A stretch of DNA of 61,837 nucleotides, the filler included, from Dugesia japonica (taxonomy: Eukaryota): NCBI GenBank assembly GCA_001938525.1. It is 5 parts of 5 records of this genome, joined end to end, with 100 filler letters (N's around TTAATTAATTAA, not from the genome) between each part and the next. Parts side by side here need not be neighbours in the genome. Positions count along the whole stretch, not along the records: positions 19,642 to 32,626 come from MQRL01565157.1; positions 32,727 to 46,073 come from MQRL01579061.1; 3 more parts are not named here. One strand, given 5' to 3'. A program made the position numbers and the translations under genes. This document shows positions 25,431-38,689 of this stretch, one piece after another. The notes beneath the pieces were generated by a model. It was not told the DNA's origin. It saw only the letters and a program-made list of their open reading frames with translations, and searched no databases. Numbering within the stretch: the first letter of the stretch is position 1; each line of letters begins with the position of its first letter.

Positions 25431-26897
25431 GAAATCCACAAGAACACTTAATTTTAATAAGAATTCAAAAAGAATAAAGGCGCTGAATTAAATATTCAAT
25501 ATTTTTCTAAGAAATTTTTTCTTTTGGTAAAACATTTTTAGGTTTGGTGCAGTATTAATTTAATGCAAACAATTTAACAGAATAAGCACTAGTCTTAGTG
25601 ATAAACTTCGTTTAGTAAGACTAGCAACGTTGAAATAGAACGTCCTACACCAAGCAGTAGAAACCAATCAAAAAGTTCGATTACTAGATAAACGCGAGGT
25701 TTTAAAATTATTCATTTATTGTCTACCTACTGTGTACAGCTTTTATAAAATGTAATGTTGGAAAGTACAAGCTTCAAGAAAAATTTTTATCAAGGAAATC
25801 AAAGATAAGCACATTTCAAATTAAAAATAGTTATACTTACAGTAAACAGTATTAAAATAATGATCTAAACTAATTATAAAACATTACTTTCTCTGAGTAA
25901 AAAAAAAATTGTATGAGGCATGAAATTTTCATTTAAAACGGCTAACATATCTTTTAGACACCTTGGATATTATTTCATGTATTAAGTTTCAGTAATCTTA
26001 TGTTTCATGTTTAGAAGATATTTTGATTTTGTTTTTCAAAATAATTTTCGTTTAATTATGTCTAATGTTTATTTTAGAGAGTCTAAAAAGAATTGATTTC
26101 AACTTTTCTACTGAGTTTAAAATTTTTAAACATCTGTGCTTCATAGAAGCAAATTTTTAGATTTAATATAAATTATATAAAATTTGTCTTTTTAATCGTG
26201 TTCATCTGTTATATTATTAGTAATTATTAATTAGTATGTTTTTTAAAGTTTACCTATTAGTTATTTCCTCTTAACAAAGTTATGTTAATTTATAATACTC
26301 ATTAAATTAATGGAATAATGTTTTTGTGTTTCTAATTAATGATTTTTGAGTTCTGATGGGTAGTCTATTTTATATTAGAGCTAACTTATTTACTCGCTCA
26401 ATCTTCATTTAATACATTTATAAAATCGTGATTTTTATTTTGTATTTTTGTCTTCCAAAAGTAAAAATCAATATTGCTAATTAAGCTTTCTTATTTTAAA
26501 ATTTTTTTTGAATTTTTATTGTTCTGTGCAACTTATTTGTAAATGTATTCGTTTACTTTAACAAACTTAATTAACAAATAGGCTAATAAATGTCACTTGA
26601 AAAATAATAAGATTTATCAGTCCTAAAATTTTAAAAGGTATTAATATCTTAAAAAAATATTGAGCATATAACCGAAAATAGTTTAGATCACTCATAAAAT
26701 TTAATACATGTTTTTAAAAATGTAAAATTACATTTCAACCAAATTATATTAAGTTTGTTTTACTTAAATATAATTAATTTAATAATTTCGTTCAAATTTA
26801 AAATAGGAATTTATTATTTTTAAAATTTATTTATCACTTGGAATTAAGTCGCTTAATTTTTTTTGTTTATTATTGATACCGACTGTTATATATTGTT

Positions 26898-27286
26898 ATG
26901 GAATTTTTAAGCAATGGCCCGGTAGATTTAAGTTATTTGAATGAGACTTACAAAAAGGAATTAGAAGATATTTTTAATGTAGCATCTAAACCAACAGTAA
27001 AATTGAATTTAATTAATTGAAATTTCAAAGATTTTAATAGATGGTTATTTGGGATGTGAAAGTTAAGCGTTCTGTTTATTCTATTTATTCTAAAGAATGT
27101 CTTGAAGTTAATAACCTTTTTTTAAATGAATTTAAGAAAAGTATTTATTTAGAAATCAAAGATTAGTAATGTGATTCTTGAAGATATACATACCATCAAG
27201 AAGACCAATAAATATAAATCTATAATTTTCTTTATTAAATCATCCATTAAAATGATTGAAATGACAGAAGAAGTTATTAGTAAAAA
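26898..27286 (+). CDS. First three exons of a divergent Vps33-like (Sec1/Munc18 family) gene; remainder not found
   Basis: Exons 26898-26996, 27041-27106 and 27153-27286 with GT-AG introns of 44 and 46 nt. They give MEFLSNGPVDLSYLNETYKKELEDIF..|MVIWD..|..KSIIFFIK.., resembling the remembered VPS33A N-terminus (LSYGRVNL..AIVWD..KNIIFFVR). Confidence 0.65.
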
Positions 27287-27399
27287 GTAAATTGTTTAGA
27301 TAGTAATTCATTTTCAATAAATAAATTAATTAATAGTAACTTATTAATTTTGGAAATGATAAACAATTCAATAATTTTTTTTTATTATTAGGTATTCTA

Positions 27400-27870
27400 G
27401 ATAATTATATTATCGATTGTAATATTATCGATTATAATATTATCGATTATAATATTATTGATTATTATATCGATTATAATATTATAGATTATATTATATT
27501 GATTATTATTTTATCGATTGTAATATTAATGATTATGATATTATTGATTATTATATTAGCGAATATAATATTCTTGATTTTAATATTGTAATTTTATTAA
27601 TTATATTATTGATTATAATATTATTGATTATTAATTATATTATTGATTATAATATTATTGATTATTATATTATCGATTGTAATATTATAGATTATATTAT
27701 TATATGGATTATTATATTATGGATTATAATATAAATTACAATATTGATTATAATATTATTGATTACAATATTGATTATAATATTATTGATTATAAGATTA
27801 TTGATTACAATATTGATTATAATATTATTGATTATAATATTGGTTAAAATATCGATTACAATATTAAAAT
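27400..27870. repeat. AT-rich minisatellite, about 12-15-bp unit
   Basis: Many copies of ATT(G/C)ATTATAATATT variants. Confidence 0.9.
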
Positions 27871-29252
27871 ACGCAACAAAACTTCAAAAAGACACAATAA
27901 AACCATTGAAAATGATTGGCTGAACTAGAAAACATAAACCCAAACTTTAGAATACATAAAGAACCACAAAAATTTCGTATTAGGTACGATGGAAATTCAT
28001 GTAGGAATAATGAGTAATTAAACAATTAAATATCTTCAGTAAGTCTAGGTAGCAATAGAACTAACAATAGAACTAATAATGGAACTAATAATGGAACTAT
28101 ATAATGGAACTATATAATAAATTAGATAATTGTAAGTAATAAGAGTGATTAATATTAAACTCAATAATAATAAGTAACCCAACTATTCACTGACAAATTC
28201 CAATAATGATATACAAGGAACTATTTAGTAATAGCTCGAATAAGTCTATGAAATTCTATTAATTAATAATTCGATTGATACTTAAAAATGAGGTTGATTT
28301 ACAGTTTTTCCAAGGTGCAGTTTCTTGTTTCTGTTACGCTTTCATAATTTTCTGATAATTCGATCCAAATCTTTATTGTCAATTTTCCCGTTATAATAAT
28401 AACGGTCAATTTAAATTTAATCTATTTCTGTGCCACAAAGACTTTTTTACTCTGTCATATCTTCAGAAAAGTGTAACTCCATTGGTTTTTTTTCTTTCAA
28501 ATTTTCATGATAATAACGATCAATTAAACTTTAAATTCATCTCTCTATAAGTCTTATGCACTCTGTAATGATTTATGTAACCTTTATAACTCCAGTGTTA
28601 CAGACAAATTTGCTTACACACACACACACACGAACGTAAGAAATTATACTTGTGCAACATCTGATTGATGATTTGTTATTCTTTCTCCAACTCAGCGATG
28701 GTGGATGATTTCGATCGTTCTTTCCTTTTTGTACCGCTGCGTGTGACTCTTTGACTCCATATGCACGTTTTTCCCTAATGGGTGTATTGATGAAATCAGT
28801 AAGTTAAAAAAGTTATTATACAATTAAACATACAAAAATTCAAACATTTTACGTCCCGATTATTTAAATGCTAGAAAAGTAATCATTTTGTTAAGTTAAT
28901 TGTAAATACAATACATTCATATTTGGTAAAATAATATTGGCAGTATTCCGCAAACTTAAGTTCTTGAAAGGCCACACTAAAAATGACAAGCCATGACTGG
29001 CCACAACTCATTTTAGATTAAAAGAAATTGAGATTTCTTATTGATGATTATGATTATGACAGAATAAAATTAAGTAAATTTAATGTAAAGTTATTTAAAA
29101 TGGACACAAACACAGATCAATGCACAATTCATGAAATATGTTTCATTAATGCTATGGATGTGCCTGCATTTTTGCTGCAATGGTGTTGTAATCAGGCTCA
29201 TAGAGAGTAACAAAATATTTTCCGCCCTACATTGAAAAGCATTGGTTTACAG

Positions 29253-29520
29253 CACTGGTCTCAAACACGCGGCCCGAAAAGGAGACTTTCAGCCAATAGA
29301 AATGAATTGAAATGATTAATTTATTCGAAAATAAATGACCTTATTAAATTTTACCTAACAAATTCAATATAATACAATACATTTAATTATTAATACTATT
29401 ACTAATAGTGATATATACAGTAGTACAAAGTGCTACAGTCAGTTACAGTATTAGTGCGGCCCGCTGACCTACGCATTTTATCTGAGCTGCCCAAGAGATA
29501 ATTTTAATTTGAAATCGCTG
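29253..29520. mobile_element. hAT (Charlie-type) MITE
   Basis: Termini CACTGGTCTCAAAC and TTTGAAATCGCTG; internal GCGGCCCG motifs; flanks GTTTACAG/TTTTACAA match at 6 of 8. Confidence 0.6.
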
Positions 29521-30440
29521 TTTTACAATTGCAATTATTGCGAGAATAATAGTTGGACATAATCATTGATCGTTTTATAGAATTCATTTAATATAAAAGC
29601 TTTGATCAAAATTTTGGTTTTTTATNNNNNNNNNNNNNNNNNNNNNNNNNNNNNNNNNNNNNNNNNNNNNNNNNNNNNNNNNNNNNNNNNNNNNNNNNNN
29701 NNNNNNNNNNNNNNNNNNNNNNNNNNNNNNNNNNNNNNNNNNNNNNNNNNNNATACAATTTTGATGAAAGTTTTTATATTAAATGAATTAAAACCACTGG
29801 TTAAAAAATTAATATTGATTGACTTATTTTTGAATTTCTAAGTATAATTCGGATAAATTGTAATTTCAATATTTTATTAAAAATTTTTCATAAAAATCAG
29901 TATTAATTTGCATTTGTTATGTAAAAAAAATTTCTAAAATTAAAAAGCAATATCCGTTTTTATAAAATTTAGAGTTTCTAAGTATTCTAATAACACAGGG
30001 TTTTCCAACTAAATAAATAATTGTTTTACAATTGCAATTATTGCAAGAATAATTGTTAAACATAACCATTGATCGTTTTTTAGAATTCATTTAATTTAAA
30101 AGCTTTGATCAAAATTTTGGTTTTTTTATTGATATTGGATAACAATATCCAATATTATATTGGATAATAATATTAAAACAGAATTGTTATCCAATATCAA
30201 TAAAAAAACCAAAATTTTGATAAAAGCTTTTATATTAAATGATTTAAATAAATAATTGTCTCAAGTAAAAAAAAACAATTTAGATAATCAAATTAATTTA
30301 AATATTACTTTAAATATTATAGACAATCGTAAGTAAAAGTAATATAAAAATAGGTAACTTTTTAAAACATTCGATCGAAGTTCAGTAATTTTGTAAATTT
30401 TCCTTCCAATTTCTTATAATTCGTCAGGAATTAACTTTTC
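29521..30440. repeat. Cluster of hammerhead-repeat family arms in inverted pairs
   Basis: Conserved tail (TTTTACAATTGCAATTATTGC..CATTGATCGTTTT..AAGCTTTGATCAAAATTT) at 29521-29625 and 30023-30130, each with a mirrored arm; partial core TCGTCAGGAATTAAC at 30421. Confidence 0.7.
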
Positions 30441-30499
30441 CGTTAATTTATCAGGCCGTACACATGACATATAGCATTCATAAAAAGCATCTTCCAGAT

Positions 30500-30650
30500 G
30501 AGATGTGAGACTCCATCGTAAAAAAGATGATTCAGGAATGTCAATAAAGACAATTTCTTATGAACTGGAAATAAATTACCAAAGTGTAAACACAATCATT
30601 ATGTTATATAAAGGTACATGAAGAATTACATAACTAAAAAAACGAAATAT
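30500..30650 (+). pseudogene. Possible Tc1/IS630-like HTH remnant
   Basis: DSGMSIKTISYELEINYQSVNTIIMLYKGT*RI has an HTH-like pattern. Confidence 0.35.
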
Positions 30651-32626
30651 TGCAAAGAATAAACTTTTATTTTATTAATTATTTATTTTTTATATTTTTT
30701 ATAAATAAATATAATTTTTAAAAATTTCAGTTTATGTGACGAATATCATTTGATTTTCGTACCCAACAGTTTATCATGTCATTCGGATTATATTAAAAAA
30801 AAAAAATAGACACAAAATTTAAAGTTGTTGGTAAATTCAGATGTTATGGTGTTCCTTTGGAAAATGATCTTATATCTATTGAGAATCCAGATTTTATAAC
30901 GGTGATTTTATTTAGTAATCCTATTTATTGTACTATAATTAAATTCTTGAAAAATAAACCAAATTACCAGGATATTTTCTACAATATGTAATTTATTGAA
31001 TGGCTTTAAAAATAGAAAATAAACCAAAATTATTAGGTTATAATCCTTTTTGTAGTTGCAACTTTCGGCACCTTTTCTGTTCATAATGAAATGCAATATT
31101 TTGAATGAAGTTTTAGATTTAAAATTCCTGGTTTATTTTGTTTTATAAAGATTTTTAAAATTTGTAATACAGAGTATTGTAACTTCATAATCCCATTGCA
31201 GCAATTATATAATCGCATTTTACAATTTTATAATCCCATTTTTGCAATTTTATTTATAAATTTATTTTGTCATTTCATAACAATTTGATTCAAAGGAAAT
31301 CACTGGTTTTTTACCCATTCGAAAATTGTAATCTTCTGGAATAATTCATTTTTGCTCAACATTTAATTACTGTTATTTGTTTTTGCAGAATTATTACTTT
31401 TTTATTTCATATTTCTAGTAATCTTCCATTAATTGTTTCTCTTTCGTTTAAAGATGTTATTCTTTACTTTGAGTTACATATTTATTGGGGTTTCCTTTCT
31501 TTGCCTTCTGTTAGGGATTTTCCGCATTAATTGTAAGAGCTCGATCATCTGTATTTAAGGGTTGTTTTCCCTTCTATTTCTAGTGTTGTCATTCTGACTA
31601 CTGGCTTACTTATTAATATTTCTTATTTGGAGTGTCATGTTTTCAAAACAGTTTAAACATGAATAAAAAATGAATAAATTAACTACTGACAAATTGTAAA
31701 TAGATAAAATTTATTTAAAAAAGATTATGGAAAATTTTAAAAAAATGTATTTATGTTGCATTCGTGTTGCATATGTCATATTTAATAAAAATGAACATAT
31801 ACAAATATTTTGTTATATTTTCATAGACTTCTAAGTAATTTTTAAAACTTTTGGTCGACTTCTATTTGAACATGACAGACGTACTTTTCATCTCATTACC
31901 ATTCTAATGATATCAAGTTTGATACATGTTGATAAAGAAATGGTGCCAAAAACTCATTTTAAAAATATTTTTTAAAAGTCCTTTATTCTTTCTTATGTGA
32001 TTTACTCGTAAATTATACATTTTCGCATACTTATCCTTTAAACAATGTATAGATAGTTTTAATCCTTTACCAAATTGTACAAGAAACAATTTTTAAAAAT
32101 TCAAAATGGCAGCTTTTATTCACTTTTAAATATTTCTTTGTTTAATAAAGTTTTAGGATTACATCACTAGAACTTTTTCCATACACCAATTTGTCCGTCG
32201 TGTAAACGCGCGTCCAACGATGTAAAGTTCGGCGCCATATCATGTTTCTACTTGACTGTCTTCAAAATACTAAATTTCTTTTTTCCCATTTTTCGACCGG
32301 AAGGAAGCATTTTAGGATACAAGTTCATGAGACATTCCTATCTTACTTTTTAATTTTACATCTTACCATAAATTTTTATCCCATGTTTAACTAACACCAT
32401 ATATATATATATATATATAGCATGGATATAAAGTAAATCAAGTACATTATGTTAAAATGAAACTAAAGTAAGGTAAGTCAATTAAGTAAAATGAATTAAG
32501 AATACTATGATTAACTAAAAATAAAGAAATAATGATGGATCTAATAATAAACTTAAATGTATGAGAGCTTAAATAAATTAAGGATATTAGGTTGGATACA
32601 TATTATATAAAAACGAAGCACATTAT

Positions 32627-32726
32627 NNNNNNNNNNNNNNNNNNNNNNNNNNNNNNNNNNNNNNNNNNNNTTAATTAATTAANNNNNNNNNNNNNNNNNN
32701 NNNNNNNNNNNNNNNNNNNNNNNNNN
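32627..32726. other. Artificial scaffold-concatenation linker
   Basis: N44-TTAATTAATTAA-N44. Confidence 0.95.
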
Positions 32727-32774
32727 TATATTGGCTGAAATTATTAATTAATAATTATTTCCTTATAATAATAG

Positions 32775-32829
<55 letters not shown>

Positions 32830-33620
32830 AATTAATTATTATTATTATTATAAGTATTAAGTTCTCTAAAAATGTAAAAAAATGAATATGATAATGAAAG
32901 TGTATTTTTTATGGTTTTAAATAAGTCTAAAATTTTGGATCTTTAGTCTGAGATAAAATTTCACTACTTTCTATGTAATAGTATGAAATCGTACAATTTA
33001 CTTGGATTTATTTATACTTATTTACATATCGAAACATAACTTTATAAATAAATGAAAAAATTATTATATAATTAATTTATTTTTTAAATATTTGTTTGGT
33101 TTACAGTTATTTTCTTTTTGTGTTATTTTAAATTCTTAATTAGCATTTTAATTTTATCATTGTGTATAAATATTTCAAAATAATTTAACGTTGTAAAATT
33201 AATAATATTTTTAACAAGGAGACATGATTTATCCTACCCACACTTTCAAGGTTTGTTTAACGGTGTTGATAAATTTCATATTAGATTATTATTTGTTATA
33301 TTAGATTTGTTATAAAATCTAGAACATTTATTATTCCACTTTTGTTTCTATATTGTTTCATATTCAAATAGTCAGAAAAAGATTTAGAGTTTCACTTTTA
33401 GTTTTAAGTAGATGCATGACGTTACCATCTGCGTGTAATTTGGATTCATTATTTATCGACGATAGAAGTCGTAAAGAAAGAAAAATCAAATAGTCGCAAT
33501 TATGCTATTTTGCACGCAATATACATGNNNNNNNNNNNNNNNNNNNNNNNNNNNNNNNNNNNNNNNNNNNNNNNNNNNNNNNNNNNNNNNNNNNNNNNNN
33601 NNNNNNNNNNNNNNNNNNNN

Positions 33621-34798
33621 NAATTGCTTGTTTTCCATGCGGAGCCATTTCACCTCGGCCTCCAACTTCCATATCTTCATACCCTGGGCTGCGTCTCTCC
33701 GGGTATACTCAATATTTTGGTGACGGAATTGGGTCATCTCGAACACCAATATTCCTATTTTTTCCTGAAGAGCTTGACAGGCTCTTTACCGATTTGTTGT
33801 GGTGGCTAACTGTCCATCAAAGCTAGCTGCGATTTGAACCTCTGCTCCAAAGGTTCGGCTTGGTCGAAGTTGGAACAGGTGCTGATTAGCCACGTTCTGT
33901 GAGGCATTTTCGTCCATATCTAAAAGCATCAGATTAATTCGTGCTTAATCTGGATTCCATTATTTTTTAATGAAATAGGACGATCGTGAGTCTTAAGATT
34001 TTAGAAAAGTATTTATTGCTATGGTGGCCATCTGTTACTGATAAGTTAAGAAAATAAATGGCAATAAGTTAAAACCTATAGAACATTATGGTAACGAATG
34101 AAGAATACTAATTTATATATTTCAAAATTTAATGGTAGTATTATAATAACAGCGGTGGTTATAACTGAATGATAATGTACCTAATGTTTTTAACTAAATA
34201 ACGTTTAAAAAGACCATGGTTCTAATAGTAATTATAGGAAGGTTATTGATGACATGAGTAAAAATACTATACTAATCTCTATTGCTAAGCTAGGAGTAAA
34301 ATTGTAAGTTGACTATCGTAATAAATTTTATCGCTAAATAATTATATCAATGGTGGCAACCACTACTAGCAATATAAATAATTTACAGATAGTAGCAATA
34401 ATAAATCTTAGTAATGGTAACACGAATGATGATCTCAAGTCGGTAATCTTACTAATTATAGTGAAATTATTCCTAAAAATAGTAATAATCGTAATAATAA
34501 TAGCGACTAATAGTAGTAACTATCATGCTGATGATTAAAAATGATAAGGATATTAACAATAATANNNNNNNNNNNNNNNNNNNNNNNNNNNNNNNNNNNN
34601 NNNNNNNNNNNNNNAGTAACTATCATGCTGATGATTAAAAATGATAAGGATATTAACAATAATAATACTAATAATTAATAATAATACTAATCAGGATAGC
34701 GATAATCCTAATGATATCAATGATTAGAATAGTATTAATAATAATGATAATAATGGAACTAATAATAATAATAATAATAGTAGTAATATTAATAATAA

Positions 34799-34848
<50 letters not shown>

Positions 34849-36107
34849 NNNNNNNNNNNNNNNNNNNNNNNNNNNNNNNNNNNNNNNNNNNNNNNNNNNN
34901 NNNNNNNNNNNNNNNNNNNNNNNNNNNNNNNNNNNNNNNNNNNNNNNNGTGATAATCGTAGTGACAAAACGTTAAATTGTTGATAATAACAAGAACGATA
35001 ATCATATGATTAATAATAATGGCTATAATAATAAGACCAAAATGTTCATAAACGGAAGGCTAATAGTAGTGGATACAGTATTACTAATGTTAATGATATT
35101 TTCAAAACTTAATAATCAAACTTAATACCGTTAGTACTAAAAATATATTAATTATAATAAAATAAACAACATAACAGGTTATAAATTTCGTCTTATGTGT
35201 ATCAGTTAAATATGAAAATAATAATAAAAGAAAAAATATAAGATTAAGACTTTTAAATAATTAAGATTTAATGATAAGACAAAATTACATAGTACATACT
35301 GTCGTAAATAATGTGCCGGAGATGACTATGAGACCAAGTAACTGATTGATGCTCGAATGGATGAACGGGATAAACTTGACAGATCGGTTCCTGGAATAGA
35401 TTGATGTTGGATTGGAAAATAATTCGTTTGTTAGTGACAGATTTTCCTCTAAAATAAAGATGATAATTTTCTTTTCTTCTTCGAGTAATCAAGTCAAGTG
35501 TAGAGTGTTGTAGTTTTCTCGCACTGCTTTATATAANNNNNNNNNNNNNNNNNNNNNNNNNNNNNNNNNNNNNNNNNNNNNNNNNNNNNNNNNNNNNNNN
35601 NNNNNNNNNNNNNNNNNNNNNNNNNNNNNNNNNNNNNNNNNNNNNNNNNNNNNNNNNNNNNNNNNNNNNNNNNNNNNNNNNNNNNNNNNNNNNNNNNNCG
35701 GATTGTTGTGAGGAGATTTGATATGACGTCAATTTTTGGATTGACAAGATAATTGATATATGAGAAATATGAAAAGTCCCAGTTGAAATTGTTAAGACAA
35801 TTTGATCTAATTCGAACACTGTAATTAGATGAGCTTTGAAATCTTTCTTGGAAATCTTTAGTTTACAAATCGTTTTTCTAGTTTTTAATTAACTAGTTTT
35901 TAAGGGGTGATTTTATGATTTTTGCGGGTCTTTTTATACCCTTTTCTAAGCATCGTCCTATCCCGATTGGAAGATTATTGCGATTAACTACATTATTTTT
36001 TGATATTTGTTTTATATTTTTCCAGAATCTATTTCTTTTCCCGATTAATGTTTCTTTATTTTCTTCAATATGATTGATAATTTAAATTTTCTTATTTATT
36101 TTCAACA
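33621..36107 (-). mobile_element. Possible 5' end of a long-LTR retroelement: LTR-like block of about 2.1 kb (36107-34033) plus a GC-richer coiled-coil ORF relic
   Basis: Minus strand runs TGTTGAAA...GTAACA then GATGGCCACC. Internal TATA-like motifs and AAT arrays. Downstream disrupted helical ORF (ALQEKIGILVFEMTQF..LEAEVKWLRMENKQ). Confidence 0.3.
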
Positions 36108-36439
36108 ATGTGGGAGTTTTTCGCTGGGAATTAATAATGACTTTTAATAATAATAACTTTATTTGTTGAAATATAATTTAAATTTTCTGGAATTAGTTAT
36201 CCAGTTTATTTTATCATTTATTGTTGAAAGATATAGTTGAAAGATATATATACAATACCGCAAAAAAATCAAGTCAGCTAAGATGGTTAATTTTATCCCA
36301 TTATCCGAATATGAGTTTCGTTCTTATATTTTCTGTTTAATGAATAATCTGTTTGTTTATCTGATTAAATTCTTAAGTCGAGTAATTTAAATAATTTAAA
36401 CAAGTAATCATTTTCCTAATTTTGTAATGTAAATTAAAA

Positions 36440-36530
36440 TAAAATAAAAGGTTTGATCAAAATTCTTTTTTTTTGACAATGATTTTAATTTTAGACTTTG
36501 TCTTCGTAAGGAATTAACTTTTTAATTGAC
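36440..36530 (-). repeat. Hammerhead-repeat family copy, degenerate
   Basis: Reverse complement AATTC-CTTACGA-A-GAC-AAA-GTC-TAAA-ATTA, then AATTTTGATCAAAC. Confidence 0.6.
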
Positions 36531-37169
36531 TTTTAATAATTTTCAGATTTAATAAAAGAGAAAATTCGAATACTGAAACTTGTTCACCCTNNNNNNNNNN
36601 NNNNNNNNNNNNNNNNNNNNNNNNNNNNNNNNNNNNNNNNNNNNNNNNNNNNNNNNNNNNNNNNNNNNNNNNNNNNNNNNNNNNNNNNNNNNNNNNNNNN
36701 NNNNNNNNNNNNNNNNNNNNNNNNNNNNNNNNNNNNNNNNNNNNNNNNNNNNNNNNNNNNNNNNNNNNNNNNNNNNNNNNNNNNNNNNNNNNNNNNNNNN
36801 NNNNNNNNNNNNNNNNNNNNNTTAAACTGCAATATATAACGATAATCGTGTAAAATTAGACCCAATGAAATTAATGCCTGTGAATCCAATAAAAAAATAT
36901 TAGCACAAAAAAAATTAACAAGATTAACATAATACTTGTTATGATTTCAATTTTTGTAACAAAACTTTCGTTTTAAATCATATTGGATTATTGGAAATTT
37001 TGAACTAGTGGATTTTGTATTAAATCAGATTGTACCATACACATGTTAATTTCGTTTTAAAAATCCAAAATTCATATATTTATTTCTATTTCATAAATTA
37101 ATTTTATTTTATTTTAATTACTAGCTAGTCTTTCTATAAATAGAACTATAAATGGAAGTTTAGTACTTT

Positions 37170-37826
37170 TAGTACTACTTTATAACTTTTTCGGACAGCA
37201 TGGATCAATTAACAATCTTTTACACTTAGGATTACCAAAATAAACCCACATTTTATCGCCAATAGCTATACATGGCAAGAAAGATGTTCTTTTATTTCTT
37301 TCTATCAAAATTTCACCAGTGGTTTTTCTCTGCTATTAGTTTTTCTTTCAATTCATTAGGCACCATCTTTCTTTACTTTAGGATCTTTCCCATATCACAT
37401 GAGCGGTTTAAAATAGCTTATTAAGTTAAATTCAGTAAAACAGTCAATTTCTTTTAAGTCTTAGCCCCGTTTTTGCTCAAAAACGCTTGAAGTTCGTTAT
37501 CTTAAAGTTTTTCTCGTGGTTTTCCATGCTCATTGTCATTCAAGCCAAAATATCCAGTTTTGAATAATTAAAACGATTCTCTGCCAGTTTCACGGTCCAA
37601 AACATGATTACCAGAAGCCTCTAAAATGTAATGCTTCACGCAAATGGCGTTTTTTAAGCACAGATTTTGTAGTCTTAGATGCAAAATAAAAATGTTTTTA
37701 CAAGTATTTTGGAAAATTGTAAGATATAAATACAAAGCTCTTAAACTGCACTTTATATAAACTACAAAAAAACTGCAAAAATTTCTTTATTCAAAAATTA
37801 TATATAATTATTACTTGTACACGCGA
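37170..37826 (-). mobile_element. Mariner (mauritiana/Mos1-like) 5' remnant
   Basis: TA plus TCGCGTGTACAAGTA TIR-like start; RKTTGEILIERNKRTSFLPCIAIGDKMWVYFGNPK resembles the TGDEKW region. Confidence 0.75.
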
Positions 37827-38255
37827 TATGTGGATTCTACGCTAATCGTTTTGTTACAATAATTTTTTCTTATTTGTTTTCGGGAATAAAAACCTTTCGA
37901 GAAGAAGTCTGTTAATTTGTCTAACCATGATGCTGAAAACACAAATTTTTTAAAATTGCATTATTATTTTATCGATAATATTAAAATATATTAAAAATCA
38001 TGAATACAACAGATAAATAATTTTAATAATAAATAATTATGATAATTTTAATATCAATAACAATAATGCTAATACCGGGCAAGTTATCTTTTGGTTTCTC
38101 ACTGATACTTGTTATCTATTTTCCAGCGGCATCAATTCATATTTTATTTGAATTGTTTTATAACAACAATGAAGACCAGATTGCTCCATTTAACATATAT
38201 TTACCAAACGTTTAACTATTTAACATTTCGTGTTCATTTACAATATGATCTAGAT

Positions 38256-38689
38256 CAGTGGTTCTCAACCTTCCTAATTTATCGACCCTTTAATGTAGTT
38301 TCTTATGTTGTGGAGACCACAGACAAAAAATATTTTCTTTGCAACTTTATAACAGTAATTTTGCTACTTTGATGAACCGTAACGTAAATATCTGATATAC
38401 AATATACATTTTTTCATTATTCTAAATTGTATATTATGAAATCATTATGTGTTTACGCCACTATTCGAAGTGATATATATTCTGGACGTAGCGCTATTAT
38501 ATACTCACATCGTGTACTCTTGTGTGAATGTATCTAAATGTTAGAGGTTTTACCGTGGAAACAGTTAGAAAGAGGTATTACAATTCCTAAGATCTTAGGA
38601 ACTGCGTGTTTTGATATGGTGTTAGGTGACCCCGTAAAAGTGTCATTCAACCCTCAACGGGGTTGCAACTTACAGGTTGAGAACCATTG
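38256..38689. mobile_element. hAT MITE, SPIN/URR1-like, with perfect 8-bp TSD
   Basis: TIRs CAGTGGTTCTCAACCT and AGGTTGAGAACCATTG; TSD ATCTAGAT at 38248-38255 and 38690-38697; subterminal sequence resembles remembered URR1/SPIN ends. Confidence 0.88.

Noticed and set aside
24470-25760. Exon-like pieces with GT-AG boundaries
   Set aside because: Could not assemble a stop-free reading frame or recognise a product; possibly a pseudogene.
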